Assembly: GCA_965248265.1 (NCBI GenBank)
Contig: CBDFJF010000002.1
Location: 1,216,001 to 1,280,000 of the forward strand
Reading direction: 5' to 3'
DNA length: 64,000 nucleotides
Origin: Candidatus Latescibacterota bacterium
Lineage (GTDB): Bacteria; Latescibacterota; UBA2968; UBA8231
Part shown: positions 17,660 to 26,145 of the stretch, piece by piece
How the letters are laid out: every line of letters begins with the position of its first letter
Position numbering within the stretch: position 1 is the first letter of the stretch
Made by a program: the position numbers and the translations under genes
The notes under the pieces: model-generated
Seen by the model: only the letters and a program-made list of their open reading frames with translations
Databases searched by the model: none
Told to the model about the DNA's origin: nothing

Positions 17660-19426
17660 TTAAAGGTCCAATAGTCTCAGTCGGCGGCACACGGCCCCCC
17701 AGCCTTCGATGAACGGACCCACGGGGATTTCATCGCCGGGATACGGACGACCAAAATAGTCGAGACTCAACAGCTCGTCACGGGGCACCGTGCGGACCGC
17801 ATCGGTTTGGGACGACCAGGCCAGGCTCTGGTCCTCGGGATCGATCACCAGGTCGAGCTGGGCCATAGTGCTGTGGGTGTCCAGACCGGACGCCTGCCAG
17901 TCGCCCAGGCTGAAGCCCTCGCCCATGCCGGAGAGGATGTTGTAATCCGAGACATTCTCCATGACTTCGTAGTCGAATGCCACTGCGCACTGCACGATGA
18001 TGTTGTTGATGACGCGGTTGTGTTTGCAGAGGCCCACCCGGTCCCGGGTCGTCGTCTTCCGCATACGAACCCCGGCAAAACTGCAATTCAGTATCAGATT
18101 GTGGGCAATCAGCAGCTCGTCACAGTCCCGTTGGTAGATGCCGCTGCCCACTTCCACGTTGTAGACGATATTGTGGTCGACCACGTTGAGGACATCCGAT
18201 GCCTCGAAGAAGATCGCCCCGTTGCCAGCCGTGATGTCGTGCAGCAGATTCCGGCATACGCGCGAATTGTGGATCTTGAAATCGATCCAGATTCCGGTAG
18301 CAGCAACACAACGGTGGATGTGATTGCACTGCACCACACAGTCGATCGCGTAGAGGATCTTGATCCCTGCCGTCTCCAGATAGGACTGGATTTCCTGCCA
18401 GCCGCAATCGTGGACGTGGTTGCCAGTCATCAGGCTCCGTGCGACGACGGTTCCCTGAATGCCTCCTGTGCCGCAGTCGTATACATGATTGCCCCGCACC
18501 AGGTGGTCACCCGTGGTCTCGTACAGCTGCTGATAGTGTTTCTCGGCGCCCTCGTCGACGAACCCGCCGATCTCGATGCCCACAGAATTGATGTGACGGA
18601 CGGTGTTGTCCTCGATAATCCAGTGGTTGCCACCCCACGTCGCCACCGCGCCTTTTCCGGAGCGGATGAACCCATTGCCCGCATGCTCGAAAGTCAACCC
18701 CCTGATCCGGATGTAGCCCAACCCCTTCACCAGCGGGTTGAAGAGGTACTGCCGCGTCGTCACCTCGACTTCACAGGTGTTGGGATCGGCGCGGTCGAAG
18801 GGATGCACGAGCAGCCGATGGTTCTCTGCGTCGATCCAGAAGGCACCGGGGATCCGGGACAACACATCACACGTGGCGAGCTGGGTCAGACGCCGGCCGT
18901 TATGGAAGACGATGGCACGGGGCAAGGAGTGCGCGACCTCTGCTTTGGACCAACGGGCCCAGCGCATGACCTCGAAGTCCTCTTCGGTGGTGTTGACCAC
19001 GGCAAAAGGATGATCGCCTTCGAAGAACGTCTCGGGCAGATCGGTCATCCAAACTCTTGGCGAGCTCGGGAAGTCCGAATTCGTCCACGTCGCGCTCAGC
19101 AGGTCGGAACCGCGGATGATGGCTTCGGCGCCCGGCGCGGCCTCATAGCTGATCATCCCATCCGGCCCCGTGCCGCCGCGGCGAGGTTGGACCAACTCGC
19201 GGTAGATGCCTGACTTGATCAGCACCTTCTCCCGCGGCCCGACGACCTCGGCGGCGGCCTGAATGGTGAGGAACGGCGCCTCTTCGGTGCCCGGGTTGTC
19301 GTCGGCCGCCTCCGGATGCTGCTGATCCACGTAGTAGGCCTTCGCGTACTCCGTCTCGTCCTCCCAGACTGGGAACTGAGTCCCGTCCGGAAGAAGGATC
19401 GGTGAATCGTCATTCGGCATTGTCAT
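17660..19426 (-). CDS. Right-handed parallel beta-helix protein (DUF1565/pectin-lyase-like fold)
   Basis: YYVDQQHPEAADDNPGTEEAPFLTIQAAA, GIYRE, and repeated N.V..N.I.D...GI units. No signal peptide. Confidence 0.82.
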   Translation of the reverse strand: MTMPNDDSPILLPDGTQFPVWEDETEYAKAYYVDQQHPEAADDNPGTEEAPFLTIQAAAEVVGPREKVLIKSGIYRELVQPRRGGTGPDGMISYEAAPGAEAIIRGSDLLSATWTNSDFPSSPRVWMTDLPETFFEGDHPFAVVNTTEEDFEVMRWARWSKAEVAHSLPRAIVFHNGRRLTQLATCDVLSRIPGAFWIDAENHRLLVHPFDRADPNTCEVEVTTRQYLFNPLVKGLGYIRIRGLTFEHAGNGFIRSGKGAVATWGGNHWIIEDNTVRHINSVGIEIGGFVDEGAEKHYQQLYETTGDHLVRGNHVYDCGTGGIQGTVVARSLMTGNHVHDCGWQEIQSYLETAGIKILYAIDCVVQCNHIHRCVAATGIWIDFKIHNSRVCRNLLHDITAGNGAIFFEASDVLNVVDHNIVYNVEVGSGIYQRDCDELLIAHNLILNCSFAGVRMRKTTTRDRVGLCKHNRVINNIIVQCAVAFDYEVMENVSDYNILSGMGEGFSLGDWQASGLDTHSTMAQLDLVIDPEDQSLAWSSQTDAVRTVPRDELLSLDYFGRPYPGDEIPVGPFIEGWGAVCRRLRLLDL

Positions 19427-19447
19427 CTATGCCCCCCCTCTCTCATG

Positions 19448-19566
19448 ATGTATAAGAACGATAAGGGCCCGCTATAGGGAGTCAAGATCGGTTGCGGCTT
19501 TGGTGTCGAACTAAACTCGAGGCTTTTTTGAGGGGCGGGATGGGTATATTGGGGTTTGTGGGGCAT
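19448..19566 (-). mobile_element. Second copy of the IS91-like terminal sequence seen at 1282, carrying TTGACT-16-TATCGT
   Basis: ATGTATAAGAACGATAAGGGCCCG(T/C)TATAGGGAGTCAAGATCG(C/G)TTGCGGCTT... is near-identical to 1282-1375. It ends 21 bp upstream of the ATG at 19426. Confidence 0.8.
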
Positions 19567-19681
19567 AGCGAGGGTGAAGCATGGCCCGGGCCATTCGACC
19601 ATCGTTTATCGGGACCTCAGCGTCGTGCAGGGCGAAAGAGGAGCGACGCTCATCTGCCTCCTTCGATCGCAACCAGGTCCA

Positions 19682-20827
19682 TTACCAATTCGTGACCGAT
19701 CCGTCGCGGCGACGCAGGCTAAACTCACGGGTGGAGTCCGACGGCGGCCTCAGGAGTGACTCGTCCACCTCCACGCCCAGTCCCGGCGCGTCGGGCACCA
19801 GCATGTTGGGACCGTCCGCCACCGGCTGCACCGGGTAGACCGCCTTGTCGTACCGGTCCACGTGCTCGGTTGGCGATTCGCGAATCTCCAGCCACGACAC
19901 GTTCGGAACGGCGGCGGCCAGATGGACCGTGGCGGCGGTGCAAAGTGGTCCCAGTGGGTTGTGCGGCATGAGATCGATGTAATGGGCCTCCGCTATGGCG
20001 GCGATCTTGACCGCTTCGGTAAGACCACCCACGATGCACACATCCGGGCGCGCGAAGTTCATGATGCCGCGCTCCAGGTACGGCAGGAAGTCCCACTTGC
20101 TGGTAAACTCTTCGCCGATAGCAAAGGGAACGTCCACCATGGCGCGGAGTGATTCGTACGCTTCGGGGGTCTCGGCGCGGATCGGTTCCTCCAGAAAATC
20201 GAGCGTCCCGGGAGGCATGCGGTGGCAGAGGGAGGCGGCTTCGGCCACGGTCAACCGGTGGTGATAGTCGACGCCGATGACCGCCTCTGAACCGACGGCT
20301 TCGCGCAATCGCGTGAGCCATTCGGCGGTCAGCGCTATCGACTCCCGCGGTTCGAACCGCCCTCCGGCCTCGAGCTCACCGAAGCCTATCCAGGTGCGAA
20401 TGACCTTCCAGCCGCGATCCATCAGCAGCTGTCCATCGGCGATCAGCTGATCCAGGGTGGGGGCCAGGGTGGTGGCAAAACAAGGAACGCAATCCCGCTG
20501 TTTCCCACCCAGGAGTTGATATACCGGCACCCCCAGCGCCTTGCCCGCCAGGTCGTGCAAGGCTATGTCGATGCCGGACATGGCTGCCGCAAGCACGCGG
20601 CCGCCTTCGCTGTAATGACTCCGATAGAGACGCTGCCAGTGCTCTCCGATAGCCATGGGATCCTCACCCAGCAACAGCCGGCGAAAGTGCTGCACCGCGC
20701 CGTCGACGGCCAGGGCCCGAATCCCGAATCCGGCTTCGCCCCAACCGTAGAGATCCGAATCTGTCTCCACCTTGACCAGGAACTGTTCGCACGGGCCGGT
20801 GTAGGTCTTGATGTCGGTGATTCTCAT
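19682..20827 (-). CDS. Mandelate racemase/muconate lactonizing (enolase superfamily) dehydratase, DgoD-like
   Basis: GWGEA, SGIDIALHDLAGKALGVPVYQLLGG, VDYH, FLEEP, IGEE, PHNPLGP, PGLGVEVD. Confidence 0.9.
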   Translation of the reverse strand: MRITDIKTYTGPCEQFLVKVETDSDLYGWGEAGFGIRALAVDGAVQHFRRLLLGEDPMAIGEHWQRLYRSHYSEGGRVLAAAMSGIDIALHDLAGKALGVPVYQLLGGKQRDCVPCFATTLAPTLDQLIADGQLLMDRGWKVIRTWIGFGELEAGGRFEPRESIALTAEWLTRLREAVGSEAVIGVDYHHRLTVAEAASLCHRMPPGTLDFLEEPIRAETPEAYESLRAMVDVPFAIGEEFTSKWDFLPYLERGIMNFARPDVCIVGGLTEAVKIAAIAEAHYIDLMPHNPLGPLCTAATVHLAAAVPNVSWLEIRESPTEHVDRYDKAVYPVQPVADGPNMLVPDAPGLGVEVDESLLRPPSDSTREFSLRRRDGSVTNW

Positions 20828-20847
20828 CGTTCACTCGAACTCCATGC

Positions 20848-23187
20848 TCAGTGACACGTCCATCCTCCGTCCACCATCTCGATGATCGCTGATTCGCCAT
20901 CTGTCGTCATGCGATCGGGCGGGACCATACTGCCATTGACCTCCACCTGCATCCCGCTGCACCCGTGCAGGACAAGAGTGTGCTCCATGGCTGTGCTGCC
21001 GAGATCGACGCTGACGGTCTCGCCGTCAACGGCAGTACGAATCTCGCAGCTTGTGTAGTCATCCCGATAGGTGAATGCGGACCTGCCATCCGGATAGATA
21101 TCCAGGAGCAACTTCTCGAGAGGCTTGTCTTCGATGTATGGCACTTCCTCCTGCATCGGAATGATAGCACCGGATTTGACAAACAGCGGCAGTACATCGA
21201 GCGGTGCGTCATAGTGATAGACCCGCCCGCCCGCGTAGGGCTCCTTTGTCCAGTAGTCGATCCACTTCCCTTCCGGGAGGTACAGATCGCGTGAGTCCAC
21301 GGCCGAGAAGACGGGCGCCGCCAGGAAGCTGTTCCCGAAGATGTATTCGTCATCTATCTCCTGAGCGATAGGATCGTCCTGGTACTCGAGCACGAGAGGC
21401 TTGATGAACGGGAGATCCATCTCCATGCATTCCCAGGCGCATGAGTATATGTAGGGAATGAGCGAGTATCGAAGCCTGTCGAACTTCCTGAATATCTCCT
21501 CCGCCAGGGCGCCGAAGTGCCACGGCTCCTTAGGGTACAATCCGTGGCATCTGGTATGTGAGGTGAACATGCCAAACTGCATCCATCGCAGATAGAGTCG
21601 TGCGTCCGGTACCACGGGGGCGGTGCCCCCTATGTCGTGGCTCCAGAACGCGACGCCGGTGAGAGCCAGCGAAAGGCCGCCGCGCAGGACCTCGCGCATG
21701 GCTTCCCAGGTCACCTGCGGGTCGCCGGCCCAGCATATGGGGTAGCGGTGCAGTCCGGTCCAACCGGAGCGAATCAGACAGATGGGCGGCTCAGACCTTC
21801 GCTCTTTCATGAAATCATATACCGACGAAGCGTAGAGCGAGGAATATACGTTGTGCATCTCCTTGCCGGTCTTGCCGTTGAAGAAGTGGGTATCTTCGGG
21901 TATGTCTTCGCCGAAATCGCACATGATCACCCCCGCGCCCCAATCTATCAGGAACGCGAGCTTGGACAGAAACCAGTCGATCGCCCCTGGATTGGTGAAG
22001 TCAACGATACCGGCCTGCGGTTGTATGCCGAGGGCTTCGATGTCAATCTTCGAGAAATCAATATCCTCCACATCCTCGGGTTGATTGGGCAGTGGGCACT
22101 GCCATAGATAGGTCTCTCCAGCGCCGTCTTGCAGGAAGAACCCCTTCCGGTCACCCTCCGCGAACATCTCCGTTTTGACGGAGACCGCGGGCTGGATCCA
22201 CACCCGCGTCTTGAAGCCTTTCTCGCGTAGCGCGGTGAACATCTGCCGAGGGTTGGGAAACTTCCTCTCGTTGAAGACGAAGTCGCAGTAGTGTCCGTTC
22301 TCGAGCCAGAACGGATCGATGCCGAGGACATCAGCCGGTATGTTCCGTTCCCTCAGAGCTGCTCCCGTCGCCTCAACCTGCTCCCTGGAGGTGTACCCGT
22401 ACCGACTCATCCACAATCCGAAGGACCACTTGGGAGGCAAGACCTCCATGCGGCCGGTGAGATCCATATAGTGGGAGATGATCTCCTTGAAGGACCCCCC
22501 GGCGATGAAGTAGAAGTCGAGACGACTATCCTCTACCGCGATGGAGTAGGCGTCAAAAGACCGTGTGGCGAGGGAGTAGTTAATCCTGGATGTGGTGTTT
22601 ATGAGAACGCCGTAGTTCTTTGAGTTCATGAAGAAGGGGATGTTCTTGTATGCCCGGTCGGAGCCGACGCCCCTGGCATCGCAGTTCCAGGCCTCCATAT
22701 TCAGGCCGCGCTTGTTGATGGGGGAGAATTTCTCACCGAAACCGTAGAGCTTTTCCTCGTGCTCGAGGGCGAAAGAGTCTATCACCGACCGAATCCGGCC
22801 GTCCTGCTGCACGAATGTGAGCGCGTCGGTGTAGCGATCGCCCACGATATCCTTGTCGTCAATCGCCTCCTTCAGGAGGGCTCGGCCGCTACTGCGTATC
22901 TCGTAGTAGTAGGGATCTCTGGAGATGTACACTTCCAGGCAACCATTGGAGGCAGTGAGTCCGTCCTCCTCCTCGCTGGCCTCTATGGGGGGAGCGTCAC
23001 TCGATGCTGCTGCTGCCTCGACATCCCGTACGTCATCGGGTGCGCCACAGGTGATGTTGATCACCTCCCTGGACACAAAGCGGAACGACATGCCAACGTC
23101 GTCCGTGTCGAACACCAGGCGCACGAGCCCCTTGCCTTCCTCCACCTGGAATGATCTCACGGCCGCAGGACACAGTCTCGTTTCCAT
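20848..23187 (-). CDS. GH31 alpha-xylosidase-like glycoside hydrolase (YicI-like)
   Basis: YGFGE, YKNIPFF, WSFGLWMS, nucleophile region IMCDFGE, WAGD, WSHDIGG, RCHG, YLPEGKW. Confidence 0.92.
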   Translation of the reverse strand: METRLCPAAVRSFQVEEGKGLVRLVFDTDDVGMSFRFVSREVINITCGAPDDVRDVEAAAASSDAPPIEASEEEDGLTASNGCLEVYISRDPYYYEIRSSGRALLKEAIDDKDIVGDRYTDALTFVQQDGRIRSVIDSFALEHEEKLYGFGEKFSPINKRGLNMEAWNCDARGVGSDRAYKNIPFFMNSKNYGVLINTTSRINYSLATRSFDAYSIAVEDSRLDFYFIAGGSFKEIISHYMDLTGRMEVLPPKWSFGLWMSRYGYTSREQVEATGAALRERNIPADVLGIDPFWLENGHYCDFVFNERKFPNPRQMFTALREKGFKTRVWIQPAVSVKTEMFAEGDRKGFFLQDGAGETYLWQCPLPNQPEDVEDIDFSKIDIEALGIQPQAGIVDFTNPGAIDWFLSKLAFLIDWGAGVIMCDFGEDIPEDTHFFNGKTGKEMHNVYSSLYASSVYDFMKERRSEPPICLIRSGWTGLHRYPICWAGDPQVTWEAMREVLRGGLSLALTGVAFWSHDIGGTAPVVPDARLYLRWMQFGMFTSHTRCHGLYPKEPWHFGALAEEIFRKFDRLRYSLIPYIYSCAWECMEMDLPFIKPLVLEYQDDPIAQEIDDEYIFGNSFLAAPVFSAVDSRDLYLPEGKWIDYWTKEPYAGGRVYHYDAPLDVLPLFVKSGAIIPMQEEVPYIEDKPLEKLLLDIYPDGRSAFTYRDDYTSCEIRTAVDGETVSVDLGSTAMEHTLVLHGCSGMQVEVNGSMVPPDRMTTDGESAIIEMVDGGWTCH

Positions 23188-23366
23188 GAGTACGACCTTC
23201 CGTTGTTTCTCCAATTTCAGGAGATCAATAGTATCAGTCGACGACCGGGCCGTGTCGAGCGGCGTTTTTCGGGGCGTGCGTGCCGGCTGGGACCCGGTGG
23301 AGCCTACGGGGTACGAGGCGATATTCGCTTTTGCAAAGAGAAGATCTGTAGAGTGGGGAGACCAAT

Positions 23367-23411
23367 ATGGACTCGCAGCGAATTCTAGAGAAGGTCTGTC
23401 AGGCGATCGAC
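23367..23411 (+). pseudogene. Orphan N-terminal stub MDSQRILEKVCQAID with RBS
   Basis: GGGGAG RBS then ATG 23367. It collides after 15 codons with the opposite-strand GH95 stub, sharing ATCGAC. Confidence 0.45.
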
Positions 23412-23483
23412 CCAGGCATCAGCGGGCTTGTCGTACCACAGCCGCTGAGATCCGCTCGTGGTCTGTGCTGAAGTATCTGCCAT
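23406..23483 (-). pseudogene. N-terminal 26 codons of a GH95 alpha-L-fucosidase-like gene
   Basis: MADTSAQTTSGSQRLWYDKPADAWVD matches the LWY.KPA..W start of GH95. The expected ALP.GNG that follows is absent. Confidence 0.65.
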
Positions 23484-23900
23484 CAAAGTCGCGTCTTCAT
23501 TCGTCTTGGTCTCGTGCCCCCAAGCGGAGCAGCCATCGCCTGTCCGAGATGTCCGTTACCTTGCGAACCAGAGTTTCATTCCTTCGGGTGACAGCCCGAA
23601 CAGCTCCACCAGCGCCCACATGGCAATCCTCCAAGGCCAGTGACCACGTCGAGCTCTGAAATGCCAGATTGCGTAACCTCCACGATGCTCACCTATCCTC
23701 CGAATGTAGGCATCCCCAAAGGGTGTCGGACTTCTGGCCGAGGTTCCACAGAGATGCTAGACCCGCATGGCCACGAGTGAATGGCTGACTCAGTACCGGC
23801 CACCTGATACCGAATAGCAATCGGCGAGCGCTGCGCTCGCACCGCGAAACAGGAGCGGGTTTTGCACGATCGACAACGGTGCTGATACAACCTACTCTTG

Positions 23901-23990
23901 CCGTTGTAGCCCTGGCCGATACCGACGACAAAGGCCGGGCCAGCGCCCTTGAGCGGACCGGCGCACAGAGAGGGTGCGTCGACTATTCGA
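23901..23990 (+). pseudogene. Fragment of a Gfo/Idh/MocA oxidoreductase N-domain
   Basis: AVVALADTDDKGRASALERTGAQRGCVDY resembles VVA.AD.D...R......G....Y.DY. Confidence 0.5.
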
Positions 23991-24144
23991 GCTGGTTCAG
24001 GGCGAGAATACCTTGCTGCACACCGGGATGGCGATGATGGCCCACGCCGCCCACATCTCCGTAACGAAATCCTCAGACGTCTTACGCTGTGGGCTTTGCG
24101 CTTGGCATACCCATCTGAATGGCAACGCCGGGGAGACACTTCTG

Positions 24145-24894
24145 ATGCCCTATCTTACATCTGACGACAAAGCCACCTTTGAAGAGAACGGCTATCTGGT
24201 CAAGCACGACACCCTCACCGAGGAACAGCTTCAGAATGCGCTCGATGTGATCTGGGAGCATCTCGAATGCGACCGGGACGACCCCGGAACCTGGATCGAC
24301 TCCGGCCCGCGCAATCCTCCCGTCGGAGACCATCCGGCAATCCTGGCCACCCTATACGAGTCCCCCATCTTCGACATGGCCGAAGAGATCGTCGGCAAGG
24401 GGAAACTCCGCAGAGACGGAAGACCGGGGCCCCACTTCCGGTTTCCGACAGGCAGAACTGACTGGAAACCCGCCTCGGGAGGCCACCTGGACGGCTACTA
24501 CACCCCGACCAACGGCGTGCCGGAAGGCACCGTGGACAAATTCAGCCTGGGCACCACCCTCTACCTGAACCACGTCGAACCCAGGGCCGGCGGCTTCACC
24601 CTGTTCCCCGGCACCCACAGGCAGGCCGCAGAGTATTTCAAGACCCACGCCCTGCCCAGCCTGAAGGGCGGCAACGCCACCTGCGACATCTTCGACATGC
24701 CCGAAGCGGTCGAGGTCACCGGCCCGCGCGGAACGGTCTGCTTCTGGCACGGACAGCTGGTGCACACCGGCAGCCAGAACTACGGCAAAGAGATCCGGAT
24801 GGCCCTCATCAGCCGCCTGCACCGGATCGACAACGACGACATCCTTTTCGAAAGCCACGACGACATCTGGGAATACTACGAAGGGATCGAATAA
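24145..24894 (+). CDS. PhyH-like dioxygenase
   Basis: FEENGYLV, GHLDGY, LFPGTH, FWHGQLVHT. GGGGAG RBS before ATG 24145; the upstream ORF extension is not credible. Confidence 0.85.
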   Translation: MPYLTSDDKATFEENGYLVKHDTLTEEQLQNALDVIWEHLECDRDDPGTWIDSGPRNPPVGDHPAILATLYESPIFDMAEEIVGKGKLRRDGRPGPHFRFPTGRTDWKPASGGHLDGYYTPTNGVPEGTVDKFSLGTTLYLNHVEPRAGGFTLFPGTHRQAAEYFKTHALPSLKGGNATCDIFDMPEAVEVTGPRGTVCFWHGQLVHTGSQNYGKEIRMALISRLHRIDNDDILFESHDDIWEYYEGIE

Positions 24895-24956
24895 ACCGAT
24901 CATGGTTCAAGGGGTCGCCCGCCCGGTCACCTCTACGGCCTTTCACAGGAGCTACC

Positions 24957-25736
24957 ATGAACCTGAGCTTCAGCCCGACCGTCTGTCCAGAAGCTCTCCT
25001 CTCCGACGCCCTCGAAATGGCCAAAAACGCCGGCTTTGACAGAATCGGACTCTTCCGGGCCTGGACCGAAAGCAGTCCGATCCATCCCGACACCTCGGTC
25101 CGGGTGGTCCGCGAATGCCTTCAAGCGGCCGGTGTCACTCTCACCGGCCTGAACGTCCGCAATCTCACCGGCCGCAAAGCCGATTCGGACGAACGCAACC
25201 TGCACTACAACCTGCGGCAGGTGGAGTGGGACATCCACCTGGCCCGGGCGCTCGGCCTAAAAACCGCCAATCTCAAAGGGGGCGCCCGAACGCAGGAAGC
25301 CCAGGAGGACCTGATCGAAGGTGTCAACCAGCTCCTGGAACGGGTCCCGGACGTCACTCTGAACCTGGGAAACCACATGGGCAACCGCCTGCAGGATCTG
25401 GCCGATTACCAGACCGTCATGCCCCACCTGGACAGCCGCGTCAGAATCCTCCTCGACACCGGACAGCTCCTCTCCGCCGCCGGTGACATCCTTCAATTTG
25501 CCGAAACCTTTGCCGACCGAATCGGCCTGGTCCACCTCAGGGACCAGCAGGGAGATCAACCGGTGCCCTTCGGAGAAGGCGACCTTCCCTTCGAAGGTCT
25601 GATTCGCACCCTGAAAGGGGCCGGCTACGACGGCACCCTCGTCGTCGAACTCGAAGGCGTCACCTGGGCCGACCCGGCAGAGGCGGCCCGAACGGCACGC
25701 GAATATGTCGAAACGATCCTGGCGGCCTCCCGATGA
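24957..25736 (+). CDS. Sugar phosphate isomerase/epimerase (xylose-isomerase-like TIM barrel)
   Basis: LDTG, VHLRD, PFGEGDLPF, GYDGTLVVELE. AGGAG RBS. Confidence 0.85.
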   Translation: MNLSFSPTVCPEALLSDALEMAKNAGFDRIGLFRAWTESSPIHPDTSVRVVRECLQAAGVTLTGLNVRNLTGRKADSDERNLHYNLRQVEWDIHLARALGLKTANLKGGARTQEAQEDLIEGVNQLLERVPDVTLNLGNHMGNRLQDLADYQTVMPHLDSRVRILLDTGQLLSAAGDILQFAETFADRIGLVHLRDQQGDQPVPFGEGDLPFEGLIRTLKGAGYDGTLVVELEGVTWADPAEAARTAREYVETILAASR

Positions 25737-25836
25737 AGGAATTCGTCGAAGTGGAAGATGGAGGTCCGATGTCGGCGGCCGGGCCGCAGCGTGTTCACTC
25801 TGATCCTAACCCTACTCACACACCGACATAACTGCG

Positions 25837-26082
25837 ATGGAATATCGACAACTTGGAACCGACGGACTAGAGATACCCGTCATCGGCCTGGGCGGCGGCC
25901 CCTCGGCGGCGGCATGGGCGCCATGGACGATCGGACCGCGATCGATATCGTGCGCAGTGCCATCGACGAAGGCGTCACCCTCGTCGACGCGGCGCAGGGT
26001 CCGCACTAGTGAAGAGCGCGTCGGCAGAGCTTTGAAGGACGGCTACCGCGACCGCTGCTTCCTCGCCAGCAAGGTCAGTAGG
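25837..26082 (+). pseudogene. Aldo/keto reductase 5' fragment with two frameshifts, cut off by the AT-richer island
   Basis: MEYRQLGTDGLEIPVIGLG / PLGGGMGAMDDRTAIDIVRSAIDEGVTLVDAAQG / RTSEERVGRALKDGYRDRCFLASKV in alternating frames. Confidence 0.85.
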
Positions 26083-26145
26083 AGGCCACTGATGCCAGAG
26101 AGAAGAAAATTGGAAAAAGAGCGAGAGATAACACGAGGACCTCAC
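26083..26145 (-). pseudogene. 5' stub of a downstream paralogue of the spermidine-synthase-like gene
   Basis: GTG overlaps the TGA at 26142. GCTCTTTTTCCAATTTTCTTCTCTCTGGCATCAGTGGCCT resembles the intact gene's GCACTTTTTGCTATTTTCTTTTTCTCCGGGATCAGCGGTCTT. Confidence 0.6.

Noticed and set aside
17807-19213. 468-aa + strand ORF and similar long opposite-strand ORFs (14501-15496, 29249-30253, 32559-33671, 62825-63778)
   Set aside because: Shadow frames of GC-rich genes with clear family motifs on the other strand.
23974-24144. Long N-terminal extensions in the ORF track (also 29895, 37803, 40026, 49086, 50257, 55820, 62563)
   Set aside because: Family homology begins at downstream starts, most of which have an RBS; the extensions read through spacer or neighbouring-gene DNA.
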